The notes beneath the pieces were generated by a model that was given only the letters and a program-made list of their open reading frames with translations, had not been told where the DNA came from and searched no databases. A stretch of DNA of 63,731 bases, filler included, from Cercozoa sp. M6MM (lineage: Eukaryota > Protista > Endomyxa: Ascetosporea): assembly GCA_040357565.1 (NCBI GenBank). It is 9 parts of 9 records of this genome, joined end to end, with 100 filler letters (N's around TTAATTAATTAA, not from the genome) between each part and the next. Parts side by side here need not be neighbours in the genome. Positions count along the whole stretch, not along the records: positions 1 to 3,851 come from JBDODJ010001294.1; positions 3,952 to 20,801 come from JBDODJ010000277.1; 7 more parts are not named here. One strand, given 5' to 3'. Numbering within the stretch: the first letter of the stretch is position 1; every line of letters starts with the position of its first letter. This document shows, piece after piece, positions 1-13,374 of this stretch. Made by a program: the position numbers and the translations under genes.

Positions 1-19
1 CCCCCCCCCCCCCCTGGTA

Positions 20-1447
20 GCACCAAGACGACGGTACGAGTGACGTCGTGCTGCTTCGCGTCGCTGTCTTGGTCAGCAGCAGGCATGCAGTTGCTGGCCA
101 CTGTCGTGTGCGAACCCTCGCAGCGGTAGTCTTCACTACGGGGGGTTAAAGTGAGGGGTACAGTGAGGGGTAAAGAGGGGGGTATAACCACAGTGAGCGC
201 AAGAAAAAGGGCGCGCGACGCGCCTATGTGGTCGCTTGGGACGTCGCCAATTTCGCCGAGATTTCGCGCGCTGCCTTACCGGTAGGGTTTACCCCCCCCC
301 CTCTACCCTATCTCTTACCTTTTTTACCCCCCCCCCCCAGACGACGTCGCCGCAGGAGGTGTGGCCGTCACACGCGCCGAGTGACGTCGTCGTCGTCGCC
401 AACGAGGGCGTCGTTGTGCTGGTACACGCAGCCTTAATTAAAGAGGGTCTCCTACTGTACTCCCTTAATTAAAACCTCTGGTTTTGTTAAGGACACGGAA
501 ACGCTTGGATTGAGGACATTCGTGTCATCGCCAATGAGGTGATCCTCTTCACTTTACCCCCTTCCCCTGTTTACCCCCGTTGCCCAGCTTCCTCATGGAC
601 GCTGCCTTGTCGCCGGATCGGGTAGGCCTACCCCCGTGTTTACCCCCTCTTTGCCACCCGCTTTACCCGTGTTCCCTTACCCCCCCTATTTACCCCCTGT
701 TTACCCCCCGCTACCCCCTGTTTACCCTCCCTCCCATCAGAGCAAGTTGGTGCTGGTCGGGCAGTCGGAGGTGCAGCTGCTGCCGGTCGATGTCACGCGC
801 GTCGCTCGCTGCCGCGCGGAGCTGTCACGTACGTTTTCCCCCCCCCCCCCCCCAGTTTACCCCCTCTTACCCCCTTTGGGCAGGCGGCGGCTGCGGTGTG
901 CTGTCGTTGTTGTTGTTTTTGTTGTTTTTGTTGTTGTTTGTGGCGGCGGCGGCGCTGGGCGTGGCGGCACAGGCGCACTGCATGCAGCACTTCGGACGCC
1001 ACCGTAAGCCGCGTTTTATTGATCGTTTTTTATCGGTCAGTGAAATGATCGCTGAGTGATGCACTTGATCGGTTCAGTGTGGCACGTGGAGCCGCGCCAG
1101 GTGCTGTCGGAGGCGACGTCGATCGCGCAGGAGTCGCTGCCGGCCGTGCTGGCCATGGCACGCGCCGGCGACCTCGAGCAACTGCGCCTCACGCTGACAC
1201 GTGCCTACGCCGAGAGCTACACCGACACTCTCAGTGACACCCTCAGTGACACCTTCGATCAGTACACCGATCAGTACACCGATCAATACTACGACGGCTA
1301 CGGGCAGTACGAGCATCCCACCGACCCTGCCTGTACCTGTCCCTTTACGGCCTACCCTTTACCCTCTATCCTTTACCCTCTGGATGTGGAACAGACGGAC
1401 AACCTCAGCCGCCGCCCGAGTACTACCCGAGTGACAAGGAGCTGTAA
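20..1447 (+). CDS. Sec12/PREB-like WD40 protein (Sar1 GEF), 5' truncated; C-terminal TM helix and luminal tail ending DKEL
   Basis: Spliced GT-AG exons read ...VTSCCFASL...AYVVAWDVANFAEISR...VVVVANEGVVVLDTETLGLRTFV...FLMDAALSPDR..., then a hydrophobic helix VLSLLLFLLFLLLFVAAAALGVAA and a tail ending YYPSDKEL-TAA (1445-1447). The motifs resemble the last PREB propeller blades. Confidence 0.5.
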
Positions 1448-2153
1448 GCCTCTCCCGACCGAGACCCAGTCGACTTACAGTAGCCCTTACAGTAGTTAGG
1501 CAGTCGACTTCCGTTTCCTTAGGTTCAGTTCAATCACTTTTCTCGAAGTCAATCTCCAAACTGAACGGAAGATCTGTATCCGGTCCGATGACGCCACGGT
1601 CCCCGTAAATTGGGCGATTTTTAGCTCTGCAGTCGATCTGTCGACCACCATGCGAATCAACTGAAAAAGATTGACTGTTCTACTAATCTCGCCAACCGAC
1701 CCAGTACAAAGTCACACAGGGCTTAGTTTCGGTTTAAAGCGAATCCACGGTTGTCGCGCAAATGGGCCAGATTGGACAAAAGGTTAAAAGTGTTTCGTGA
1801 GCTCCGAGAAAGCGATCTCTAGCGTAAAGTCAAGCTCTGACGTTTCCCTGCGCGGTAGAAGCCAACATTGTGTGTGCCGCGTCACAGAAGACCGCGGGAA
1901 CGAGGCAATCGTTCTTCTTTTGGGTCACATTTTGGTAAGCTGGTCCGACCAAGCGCGTTTTGGCAAACCAATGGCTCATGGCAGTGTTCCAACGCTTCCG
2001 CGGGGCGATCTGATTGAGTTTCGCAGGAATGGCACGAAGCCTCTGCACTCTGGTCACTTTTTGTGATTGTTTTTGAGTGGCGTTTCTCCACCGTGAGTGT
2101 CGGTTTGGCTCTTTTTGATTGGTTTTGCAAATGCTGCGCAGCCTACTGACCGC

Positions 2154-3840
2154 ATGGAGGAGGCAAAACAGGTTGCTCCGAATTCCAACTCGCAGGTAGC
2201 TCAACTCCTCATGTTGTGCGATCTGTTTTTTGTTGTGAAAATCAAATTGTAAAACTGGAGTGATCGCAGAGCGTGCATGTGGGCACGAAGCGGAGCAGGC
2301 CCACGGGAATGCCAGTGGTGGCCGGTGTACCGCCGCCACCGACAATGCCGGTGATTACGGCAGTGCCGACGGTAACGGTGCCAGGTGCGAGTGCGGCGAC
2401 ACGGGGCGTTGCCACGGTACCCACCACGGTTCCAGCGACGGTGCCGACGGTGCCAACACGTATGACAGCGGCAGCACTGCGTAGCAGCATGCCACGCATG
2501 CCACTGGTTGGTCAGTCGGGCGGCACGGCGCTGGCGCAGATGCGTGCCAACGGCGCCAAGTCGGCCAGTCACGCGGCACGTGTCCCGGAGGCCGGTGCTG
2601 CTGCTGTCGACGCCAAGCGACGCAAGTTGCAGATGCCGTCGCAGCCGGTGCACCTCTTAACCCTTTAACCTTTCGCCCCTTAAACTTTCGCCGCTTTAAC
2701 CCTTTCGCCCCTTACCCTTTCACCCCTTACCCTTTCGCCCTTTAAGCAGCCAATGCCGTCGTTTCCGATGCAACCTGGCGTACGATCTATATCACCTACG
2801 TATCCCCTACCCCTTACCCCTTGTGTGCAGCAGCGACGCGTGCCGCCGCACTCGTACGTGTTGCCCAAGCTGCCGCCGACAACAGGAACGACGGCGCCGC
2901 CGGTCATGCCGATGCCGCATGCTCAGGTAACTTTGCCCCCTTGTAACCCTCCCTCTTACCCCCGCTTCCACCTTCCAGAGCGTGCGAAATGCGCACTCGC
3001 GAGGCGTACGGCAACACGCAGTGCATCCAAGCGTGCATGGGTGCGTCCTTCTTTACCCCTCCCTATTACCCCTCGTTTACCCTCATGTTAATTTAGCGTT
3101 CACGGCGTGCACAACATGCATGTGCCACAAGGTAGTGTGCTGTGCATTTGTTCTTATCTACCTTACCCCCTCCCTTTGCCCCGTAGTGCAGCACATGCAC
3201 CACCTGCCGCACCACACGCAGCAGCAACTGCGGCAGCAACAACAGCGACAGCACCGGCAGCAGATGGTGCCTCACATTCTTGCCCCCCTACCTCTTTACT
3301 CTTTCAAGCTCCGCAGAAGCAACACAACGAAGCTCTTGCCGAAGCTCGATTCGCTCCGCGACGACAAAAGGCGTACACTTGACCCCCTCCGCTTTACCCC
3401 CTTCTTTACCCCCTTCACAGGAAGGAGGACTTTGAGGCGGAGATGCGACGCGCCGAGCGGCAACGCGAATTTCAAAAGCGCTGCGACTTGCTCAAGGTGA
3501 CTTTGCCCCCCCTCCCCTGTTGCCCCTGTTACCTCCTGGCTGCGCAGAAGGAGGCAGCGCTGCAGGCGATTGGAACGTCGCTGAAGAACGAGATGGCGCA
3601 GCTGGCCGATGCGTTCGTGGCGCAGTGGCGGTCGCTGCATGCCATGGCTTCGGCGGCGGCACCATCGGGATCGCGCGTGCCTGTCACGAGCGAGCTGCAG
3701 TATCCATTGCTTTGCCCCCCCTCCTTTAGCCCCTCTTTACCCTCTCCACCTCGAGTACAGCAAGGACATGAAGACCTTTGTCGAGACAGACGACACGGTA
3801 GAGGCGCTGATCAAGAGTGCGCCCATCGACGAGGACACTG
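2154..3840 (+). CDS. Hypothetical Pro/Thr/Ala-rich protein with a coiled-coil segment, 3' truncated by contig end
   Basis: ATG at 2154; multi-exon frame MEEAKQVAPNSNSQ/SVHVGTKRSRPTGMPVVAGVPPPP...KEDFEAEMRRAERQREFQKRCDLLK; C-rich introns. No family recognised. Confidence 0.5.
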
Positions 3841-3851
3841 TAGTTTTACCC

Positions 3852-3951
3852 NNNNNNNNNNNNNNNNNNNNNNNNNNNNNNNNNNNNNNNNNNNNTTAAT
3901 TAATTAANNNNNNNNNNNNNNNNNNNNNNNNNNNNNNNNNNNNNNNNNNNN
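3852..3951. other. Artificial contig spacer N44-TTAATTAATTAA-N44 (also at 20802-20901, 28053-28152, 37225-37324, 41467-41566, 43532-43631, 59203-59302, 60468-60567)
   Basis: Identical 100-nt spacer with a six-frame stop linker occurs 8 times. Confidence 0.97.
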
Positions 3952-3999
<48 letters not shown>

Positions 4000-4000
<1 letters not shown>

Positions 4001-5654
4001 CAGCACAGAAACTGTCAGGCCGTAGCAGTGTCTTTTTGCACGGCGACACCAGCGAGTGCGGCTGTCGCTCGCAGCGCGCCGACGGTGGCGTCTTGAGCTT
4101 CTCGTTTCGCTTGGCGTTCTGCATTCACACAAGAGCATACTCTTCGCCTTTTGTTCTTAAGTGTATGACTGGCCAAAACGTACAGTCTGCGACTCGGTGG
4201 AAGTGTGACTCGGCGTGACTGATCCATCCTCGTGTTCTGCAAGTGTGCAAGTGTGACAGACACTTTAAAAAAAGCAAGGACTGAACACATACCGGACGCA
4301 GCATCGGTGGCATGAGCGGTGCGCCTCCTCTTGGCGTGTCTCGCCTGGTGCACATCCTCGAACTCGCGTCGGTCAAAATGGAGTGTTTTCACTCGCTGCG
4401 GCGCCAGTGAGAGCTCCAGGAAAAGTGCCTCGGCCCAGCGCACCGAGATCTCAAAGGGTGCCGCCACGATGCCAACGTCGGCACATAACAGCATCATACT
4501 GAGCAGTGACACGCGTGTTTCGTCGCTCAGACTCACTGTTGTTTCTGCTACTGCTGCATCTGTTTCAGTTGCAGCTTTCGTGTCTTGTTTTTGATGCAGC
4601 AACTCGAGCTGCTGGCATGCACTGCGCCAGCGCATTTTCGACAGCTCGCGCGACTCGGCGCTCTCGATGTCCGTGGCCAGCAGCAGGCGAATCAGAGTGT
4701 GTCGCAGTGACTTCTGCGCCGCCGCTGTCGGCGCAATACTGCGCAGCAGTGCCGCGAACTCCGACTGCTCCAGGAAGGCGAACATGCGTCTGCATATATA
4801 ATATATAATACATCATTTAAAAAGTATATATATTATACATACCGCAGTGATTCGTGCTCATTGACGCTCTGATCGTTGAAGCGCTTGGCGCGCTTGGCGC
4901 CCACAGAGACGAGCGCCGAGTTGGCAACGCCCGGGTGTGCCACGTCGTGACACAGTGCGCCTGCATAATATAGGTAGGACAGGATATCCATCTCATACAC
5001 TACCCCTTTAGTAGAGATAGAGAAAGCACACCAAGCAGCAAAGCAGCAGCGTCGAGACGCCGCAGCGGCGCGCGGCAGCAGCGGAGTATGCGAAATGCGC
5101 CAGTGGTGACTTGCACGGCATGCCGCCTAACCGGTATTCATTCGTATATATATATATATGAACACATGCAGACACAGAATCATAAAGCACACCAGTTGTG
5201 GTAGGGATTGCCGCGGTAGCTGTTGCGAAGTGCACCGAGCAGGCGGCGCAGCGCGTGCTCTGGACTCAAGTCCGACTCGTCGCTGCTTGTGCTGTCGCTG
5301 TCACCAGTTTCGCCAGTCGTGGTGCTGTTCCTGGTGCGCTTCTGCGGCAGTTGCACGGCGGTTTCGAGCTTCGCCAACACAGCACAATTAGTTTGACCAC
5401 CCAAAAAATGAAAGCAGTCCAGGAAGCACATTGTGTACCGGCTCATTGGAGCAGTGCAGGCCAAGCAGTCCGAGCGAGCGGAACATGTCCACAATAAGCG
5501 AATCGAGGCGCGGCAGGTCCTTCTCGCTCACCAGCAGCGAGTCAAACGTCTCGTCCAGTGCTTCGACATTGTCTACTGCCAGAGATGGTGGCGACACAGC
5601 AGCTGCCATCTCGCAATCGGCCACGTGTGTCGTTTCTCTTGCTGACGGTTGCAT
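4000..5654 (-). CDS. Class I cyclic-nucleotide phosphodiesterase catalytic domain protein (divergent; 3' truncated, start uncertain)
   Basis: Spliced motifs YRGNPYHNWRHAVQV, ALCHDVAHPGVAN, LLLATDI, LLCADVG and WAEALFLE match the PDEase_I metal-binding signature. Confidence 0.8.
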
Positions 5655-6105
5655 CCAGTGTGCCACTGGAGACTCACGTTTTCACACTCGATCGTGCCAC
5701 TATCACACACTAAACACACGCACAGCACTCTGTGTGCTCGTGGGTGCACAAAGTGTTCAGTGGGCCGTGGGTCCGCTCACGTCCTGACTTGAGCTCGGAG
5801 CACAACCTCGTAATGCTCCAGGCAGCACGCACCTTTCTTGCACTTGTAAATGCACCGGGCACAATGGTGCTGCGTATGGCGTTGTGGCGATCCTCAGTGC
5901 TCGGGGCTGGCTCAACGGCAGTTCGAACCGGACCAATCGGCTCAAGGTTTTCGAAGTTTCGGATCCACCCAGTTCCCTGTTCCTTTTGACGCGCAGTTAG
6001 CGTATCCACGTGCGGTTTACAGACATTGTATCGCAGGTAAACTTCCTGTGACTGCATTTTCCGAAGCGTCCACGTCAGCGGAAAGCAGACTGTCCTCGAC
6101 AGAAA

Positions 6106-7235
6106 ATGTACGCATCCGGTATCGATTTTGGCAATGACGCGTGCGTCGTGGCGGCCACTGCGCGCGGTTCGGTGCAAATTGTGACGAATGAAGTGACGCG
6201 TCGTCGCACGCCGGTACCTTTTGCTTGTGAGTTCGAGGCAGGGTGCGTTGTTTTGTGTTGTTTTGCGACGCATTATGTTCCTGAATAGACTATGGTGGGC
6301 TACAACGCCAACGGCGGCAAGCAGCGCAACCTGGTACCTTGTTGCTGCAGTAAAGCACATCATCGGCCTTACGCTGTGTGCCTCAGGGTGAGTCGGCCAT
6401 GTCGGGCTGGCGTAGCAATGTCAAGACGACGCTGCATGACCTCAAGCTCATCCTGGGCAGGTACTTTACTTGTTTAGCATGTGCATCGTATGCTAGAGAT
6501 TCTAAAAGCTCCCCATGAGCAGACAGTACGACGCGCAGCCGACTCACGATTTCCTGCAGCAGGTGTCGTTCGCGTCCAAGAAGGCTGCCGATGTACGTTG
6601 CGTACTGTCTGGGAGATACGACGGGTTAACTTGAGTTTTGTTTAGGGCACTGTGTTGGTGAGTGTGCGTCATCTGGGCGAGCAGCTCGACCTCAAGCCCG
6701 AGCAGGTGATGGGTGCCTTGCTGGCCAGTCTCGGCCGTATGATTGAGAAGTCCAAGGAGGGTATGTGTTCTATCCGAGGACTCTTGTCGGTGTAAGATGT
6801 ACTTATTGCATGTAGGCCGACCGCTGAGCGACATTGTGCTGTCGTGCCCGGCGTGGTACACGCAGCAGCAGCGACAGGCGCTGCTCAATGCCGCCAAGAT
6901 CGCCGGTCTCAACGTCTCGCGTCTCATGAACGATACTGCTGCGCTCGCGCTGCAGTACCACATCTTTACCCCCCCCCCTCCCCCCGTGCGCTCTCTCACC
7001 TGATATCTTTTGTAGGTACGGCATCCTGCGTCAGCTGCCGAAGGACGAAACCGTTCGTATCGCCTTTGCTGACATCGGTCACTCTGTAGCTTCTGCTTAG
7101 TGCTTGTATGTATATAGACTCTGCGGATATGCTGTACATATGAACTTCCAGGATGCCAACATCTCGATCGTTGACTTCACGGCTGGCAAGCTTTCGCTTG
7201 TCGCGTCTATCAAGTATCTTCTGTCTTGCTTGCTT

Positions 7236-7307
<72 letters not shown>

Positions 7308-8031
7308 CGTGTTTATTTAATTTGGGACGTTTCGTAGTGACGAGTCGGTGAGCGCGCGTCAGTTGGACGACATTGTCCTGGCGCACGCTGTGCAGCAGAT
7401 CCAGCAGAAGTACAACATGGACGTGCGAACCAACAAGCGAGGTACTTTTTTTCTCACGTCTGTAGTACAGTGTATTAACACTTTTTTGCCTTTGACGAAC
7501 AGCACTGCTCCGTCTGCGCACCGAGGCAATCAAGCTCAAGAAGGTGATTTCGGCCAACACCGAGGCCTTCCTTAACGCCGAGTGCCTCATGAACGGTACC
7601 TTGTATTTTATGACCTGTACATACATGCATCTACAAATATGGACATGTGTATGCAGACACGGACGTGTCGCTCAAGATGACGCGCGACGAGCTCGAGCGT
7701 TCGTTTCTAGTTTCATTCAGTCGGGGTTGCTTTGCTGACTCTTTTGATGTGTGCTGACAGAGGCTGCTGCGCCGATGCTGGAGCGTCTGCGGGCGCTGTG
7801 TGTCAAGGCCCTGGCTGTACCCTTTTGTCCATGTGAGTGTATCCATATGGGTCTGAATTGAGCGAATTGTGTGGGTAGTGCACGGAAGGAACGCCGCTGA
7901 CGGCGATCGAGGCAGTCGGTGGCTGCGTGCGAGTGCCGTCGGTGCAGAAGGTGCTGCGTGACGCGTTCAAGATGGACCTGTCTTTCACGTGCAACGGCGA
8001 CGAGAGTGTCGCCATGGGCTGCGCTTTGCAG

Positions 8032-8085
<54 letters not shown>

Positions 8086-9914
8086 TTGATGCTGAATAAT
8101 TGAGGCTGTGTAGTGCGCCATGTTGTCGCCCGGCATGCGTGTGCGACCGTTCGAGGTGCAAGACATCACGCCGTACTCTGTGACGCTCCAGTACTCGATT
8201 AACGAGGCCAGCAAGGAGGTACACAAGTCTTTTATTTGCTTTACTCACTCTTACCCCCCCCCCCCCCCCGTAGAGCGAGCTGTTCCGACGCTTCCACGCT
8301 GCTCCGTCTGTGAAGAGCATTTCCTTCCCGGTAAACCCGCTTAATTTGACAAAGGGTTTGTTGTACGTCTGTATGTGGTATTAGGTGTCTGCTGACGAGC
8401 CGACCAAGATTGCCCTGTCGCTGCGTTACACCAACCCGGAGAACCTGCCGGATGGTGTGCAGCCGCACATTGGTATACTCGCTCCTCGCTTAAGAATTAT
8501 TTCGGTAGAATGAACGTATGCTTAGGCTCCTACGAGGTGGTTGTGCCGCCGATTGCCGAGGCTGATCAGGGTATCTCATATCACACACTCATAAAGTCGC
8601 ATCGCAGAGTTGACCCTTTGTTGTTGTAGGTATCGTTGATCCCGAGAAGCGCAAGCTGAAGGTCAAGGTGAAGCTCGATCTGCACGGCGTGATTTCCGTC
8701 ACGGATGCCGAGCTCACTGAGGTACTTTGTTGTGCAGCTTACTTACGCCGTAGCCTGGTTTACACCTGTCTTGCCACACAGGTCCTGCTGCCGCAGGAGG
8801 AGCCGGAGCAGGCGCCGATGGAGGACGCCGAGGTCGAGGCGACTGCTGATGCTGCCGAGACTGCCGACAAGAAGAAGGAGCAAGAGGCTGCTGCCGCGCA
8901 GGAGACGGAGAAGAAGAAGCGCAAGAAGCGTCGCAGCACGCTGGTCATGACGTGCACTGCCAGGTACCCTGCACACCCTGGGGGTGCGCATGTTTGTATG
9001 TACATACATATATATCACTCGTACATTTGGGGTAGGTGCCAGGGCTACATCGACGACAAGTCGCTGCACGAGATGCGCGAACTCGAGCTGCAGCACGAGG
9101 CGCAGGACCGTCTGGTGATTGAGACGCTGGCCTGCAAGAACGACCTTGAGAGCTACGTGTATGAGATGCGCGACAATGTCGAGTACGGACTCAAGCCCTT
9201 CATGTACGTCTAGCTTCACTCCTTCCTCTGTATATATATCTTCGTATCCCCACTTCGCAGGAAGGACGATGTGCGTGAGGCCTTTGTCGAGCAGTGCAAG
9301 AAGATCGAGTTCTGGCTCGACGAGGATGGCTGGGACGCCACCAAGAGTGAGTATGTCAAGCGACTCCAGTCGCTGCGGCAGGTCGGCGACGCCGCCGTGC
9401 AACGCAAGCGCGAGTTCGACGGCCGCAACGACGCCATCGCCAACCTGTCGGCCGCGTGTGCTCAGGCGCGCGAGATGCTGCAGAGCACGGATGAGCAGCA
9501 CGCGCATATCGGCGCCGACGTGCGCGACCCGGCGCTTCAGCAGGTGGCCGACACGGAGAACTTCCTGCAGCAGGCGCTCGAGAAGCAACAAACACTCACG
9601 CGCGCTGACGAACCGGTCTTCCGCAACGCCGACTTGATCAACAAGGCGCAGCAACTGCTGGCCAAGGCTCAACAGGTACCCTGCTTACCCTTTCTCAGGG
9701 TGCGCACACGCACACCCGTGTTTACAGGTCATGAGCACGCCCAAGCCGGCTCCGCCCAAGGAGGAGAAGAAGCCCGAGGAGACTCCCATGGACACGTAGC
9801 TTCTCCTGTCTATTGCTTTTTTTTTAACCTGAGATTCAATATCGGCGTAGCGAGGAGGAAGGCTCCGAGGAGGTGCCGATGCAGGACGACGAGAGCGAGC
9901 CTGCCGCTGAGTAA
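6106..9914 (+). CDS. HSP110: Hsp110/Sse1 (HSPA4/HSPH1-type) Hsp70-family nucleotide exchange factor, about 23 exons
   Basis: MYASGIDFGN..., VLSCPAWYT...RQALLNAAKIAGL, ALALQYG, DIGHS, NGDESVAMGCALQCAMLSP, KNDLESYVYEMR. 22 GT-AG introns all keep frame to TAA at 9912-9914. Confidence 0.93.
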
Positions 9915-10596
9915 ACTCAACTCTGGCCCCACGTCTTCGGTCCTGTCTGATCGTGTGCGCGCGCGCCGCACCGAACACGCGATTATGAATTCTCTTCGCA
10001 ATTATCTTCGCGTCGAATTATATACGATATTTTTTTTAATGAGCTCATCGCAAACCAGACCCAGACGAAGTTAGTGCCATAGCAGCAGCACAGCAACGCA
10101 ACAGAACTGTAGCTGATAAAGTGACTGGCCCGCCGTGGCGCTCTTGAATGTTTGTGGCCGGCGGTGACGCCGCCTTCGGTAACGGTGCTGTAATCACTTG
10201 TACCGTCGATGGAACACCAATGTGACGCACCGGAGCTGCCGTTCCGCACGCTGTCGTAGCTACGGCACCCCCGTTAAATAAAGCTCTTTGTGTTGGTCGC
10301 CGGCAACAAAGAGGCTCAGGCTAAATCTCCCTGTGAACGCAAAATTTGCATGGAAGTGGCACTCCCATAAACGGCCTGGGTTAGCATGCTTAGCACGGAG
10401 AGTAGCACACTAACCTTCTACTTTACTATGTGCTTCGGACGGTTATTATCCCGAAAACGGCCGATGGGTTTGCAATGCCTGCCTGCCCGCGTCAGTTCAC
10501 AATTAACTTCCGCGCGGTTCCATCCTCTCTTGCAGAAACCAGATTGCGGCCCCGGGTTTTTGCACCGATTGTACAGTAGCTCGCACAGTGTGAGCG

Positions 10597-13212
10597 ATGA
10601 GCGCCCTTCTGCTGTGTCCAGCAGAGCATACATCTCCTGCAAAGGAATCCCACGTTTTGAGTCAAATCCCAGATAAGACAAGCAAGTCTGCGAGCGCCAG
10701 TGATGGGAGCATCGAGAACCGCACGCTAGATGCAAAGGTTATGACCCCTCCGCAGCAAAACCGTAAGCTCGCACTTGTGAGAACCTGCGATGCCGACCGC
10801 TCTGCGAAAGGAAGAAAGAGGCCTCGAGTTGGACTGTCGTTTCAATTTAATCGCATCAACCGTCGAGTCCAGTTCGACGAAAGCTCTGTGTCACCGGCTC
10901 GAGCACAGGGTAGCGAGGCCGAGCGGTCATCGTTGGTGAAATCGCAACACCGGTCGCAAGGAAAAACATGGAAAACAAGACCTCATTCGGTGCAGCACGA
11001 GAAGCCATCGGGGCAGGTGACACACTCCTTGTGGGGACAAGACGTGCGTAATTTTCTTCATAACATCCCACGCGACACCGAGGTGAAGCTGCGTGGCGAA
11101 ACGATAACCAGGACGAGTGCGGTATTTATAAAAACCTTTCTTCCGAAAGTCGGGGCTCGTTTGCACAAGAACAACGGAAAGCAATACACCGTCGAACTCG
11201 ATGCATTCGGACGCGACGCTTCCGAACAGAACTTTACCATCATCTGTTCATTTTGCTCGGGGAATGACATTAAGTTCGATCGACTTGCGCTGCCAGGTCT
11301 TCTGCGGCTGAGTGTCTCAGTGTAAGTTTAAAGCTTGGCGCAACTCAGTTTTTTGCATTTCCTTGGACTTTCAGTTGTTTGTTTTAGTGGAGCAACTTCG
11401 TTCTTTGACGCACTTTGCAAGAGTCTCAATGACAATTTTTGGGTACACACCTGTCCATGTGCACTGAACCTTCAGATACAGTTTCATTGGTTTTGCATCT
11501 GGTCTGGTAAACTTAGATAAACATGCTTCACTCGCTGGTGAACATCTTACACTCTGTGGCTGTCATGTTGACAACCTGCACTTGCTTCGACGATGCGTAG
11601 TACATGAACTCCGACCCGTATCTCTGCAAGTTAATGCGCATGCTCTCTTACGCGTTGTGGTCAACCATTTGGCGATTGCGTCAAAGTCAACCTACTCTCT
11701 TCGTAAAGCACGAGAGGTTGGTGCGTTTTTTACGAGACTTTATGCTTGTGAACGCCAGCTGCCTTGCTCGTTCCCCTGACGAGTGCATCAATTCGGGGGT
11801 GAGTTGTTTCCCCTTTCTCTACCGGCAAATTCTAACCATCGTTTCGCTCTGTCACCTCTCTACCCTCTATACCCTCTGTCTATATGTCATACCCCGAATC
11901 AATTTACTCCATGCCCTCTTATTCAGGTCAGCAAAGATTGCGTGCTCCACTTGATTAACACGTGCGTGAACGACACGCAGCTTTTGGAGACCCGCTTGCT
12001 CCGGAGCCTCATTGTGCATTTTTCGATCACGCTCTTTGCGAAACATGCAGCGTGGAAGAACATCACTTTTTCTCGGTAACACTAGGTGTGAAAAGTCTAG
12101 CTACTGCGTGCTGAAGTTATGGGTGGGTTTGTTTAAACAGCGAAGAGATAGAGACGACGCAGGGAGGAACCCAAAGACTCGCAGTTCGACAAATTAGATT
12201 TCCAAAAATGTCACTCCACGAGTTGTACGCTCGAACAGATGCGCTGCAACTGCAAGGAAATAAAATACAGCTTCCCCAAAGCACGGTCAGGGACATCTCG
12301 GCTGCCTTTGAGACAACGAACGCCACAAACCGCATGGCGATAGCGAGTCACGTGATCAGCTGTTTGCCATTGCTTCAAAAGGTTCTTTCGCCTGCGACGT
12401 TGCTTCCATTGCTTTGTACGAACCTCTGTGCGGTCTGAAGATGTTCAGTCACTTGTGTCACGGTGCCTGTGCAGACGGTCTGACTTCACAACAATTGTGC
12501 ACTGCAAGTGACAGTGAACTTGACTTTTCGATACTCGATGAACTGAACAGAAGAGATATCGACGACGACACGGACGAATTCCAAGTCACCGAAGAGAGCT
12601 TTTTCCGACCTTGGTTTTTCACCGCGCAAGGAGAAGAACGGATTAAACTTCTCGCTGAACGAACCCGTCGAAATCCCCTCCATGGCGAAAGTGTTGTGGC
12701 TTCGCTGATCGAGCCTCATATTCCTCAGGTAGCTATCTCTCACAGAGCACCACCAATATACACGATCAAGTCATTATACTATTTTATTTGCCCGTAAGAC
12801 TCTCAAGTCAGCAATGAAGGTTGAGATGGCGCGAGAGGTCTACGTACATGCGCTCGAAGAGGAATTGTTTGCACAAGAGGAAAATGAAGAATACGACCGC
12901 TCAGAAAATCTATCTCGACGAAAGAGGCGTCGTCCTCGACCCGATAGTTCAGATGACGAGTTCAATTACTGGCTGATGAATTCAAACCTCGACCGCGACG
13001 AAAACGAAAACGAAAACGAAGAAGAAGACAGTATTGAACATGACGTCGATTTCGAACGCGATTTTGACGATGAATACGACTTCGATGACGATGAACAAGC
13101 GCACGCGTACGATTACGATGAAAACGTGCACGATTTTGAAGAACACGTTTCCGACGGACTCGACACCTCCGAGCTCGAATCAGACCCTGAAGAGTTCCGC
13201 GTTTACCAGTAG
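10597..13212 (+). CDS. Hypothetical multi-exon protein with a very acidic C-terminus (start uncertain)
   Basis: 242-aa ORF 10597-11325, further short exons, and an Asp/Glu-rich last exon 12814-13212. No family recognised. Confidence 0.4.
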
Positions 13213-13374
13213 AGGGGATAGCTGCACACCCGCACGGTGCTGCAGTGCAGTATAAATTAACTAAATTTATTGAAATTGCACTGTAAACTGTACGTCTTCG
13301 GGTTTCCGAGTCACTGGTACTGGCAGTGACGTGCAAATAATGTCGCGGCCTCAACTGCGTATTTTAGCCCGCTC

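Noticed and set aside
3896-3907. TTAATTAATTAA palindrome recurring 8 times
   Set aside because: Always centred in N44 flanks; a synthetic six-frame-stop contig linker, not biology.
10150-10330. Several hairpins and a TGTAA motif suggesting an SRP RNA Alu domain
   Set aside because: No recognisable helix-8 S-domain motif; the pairing is compatible with chance at this GC content.
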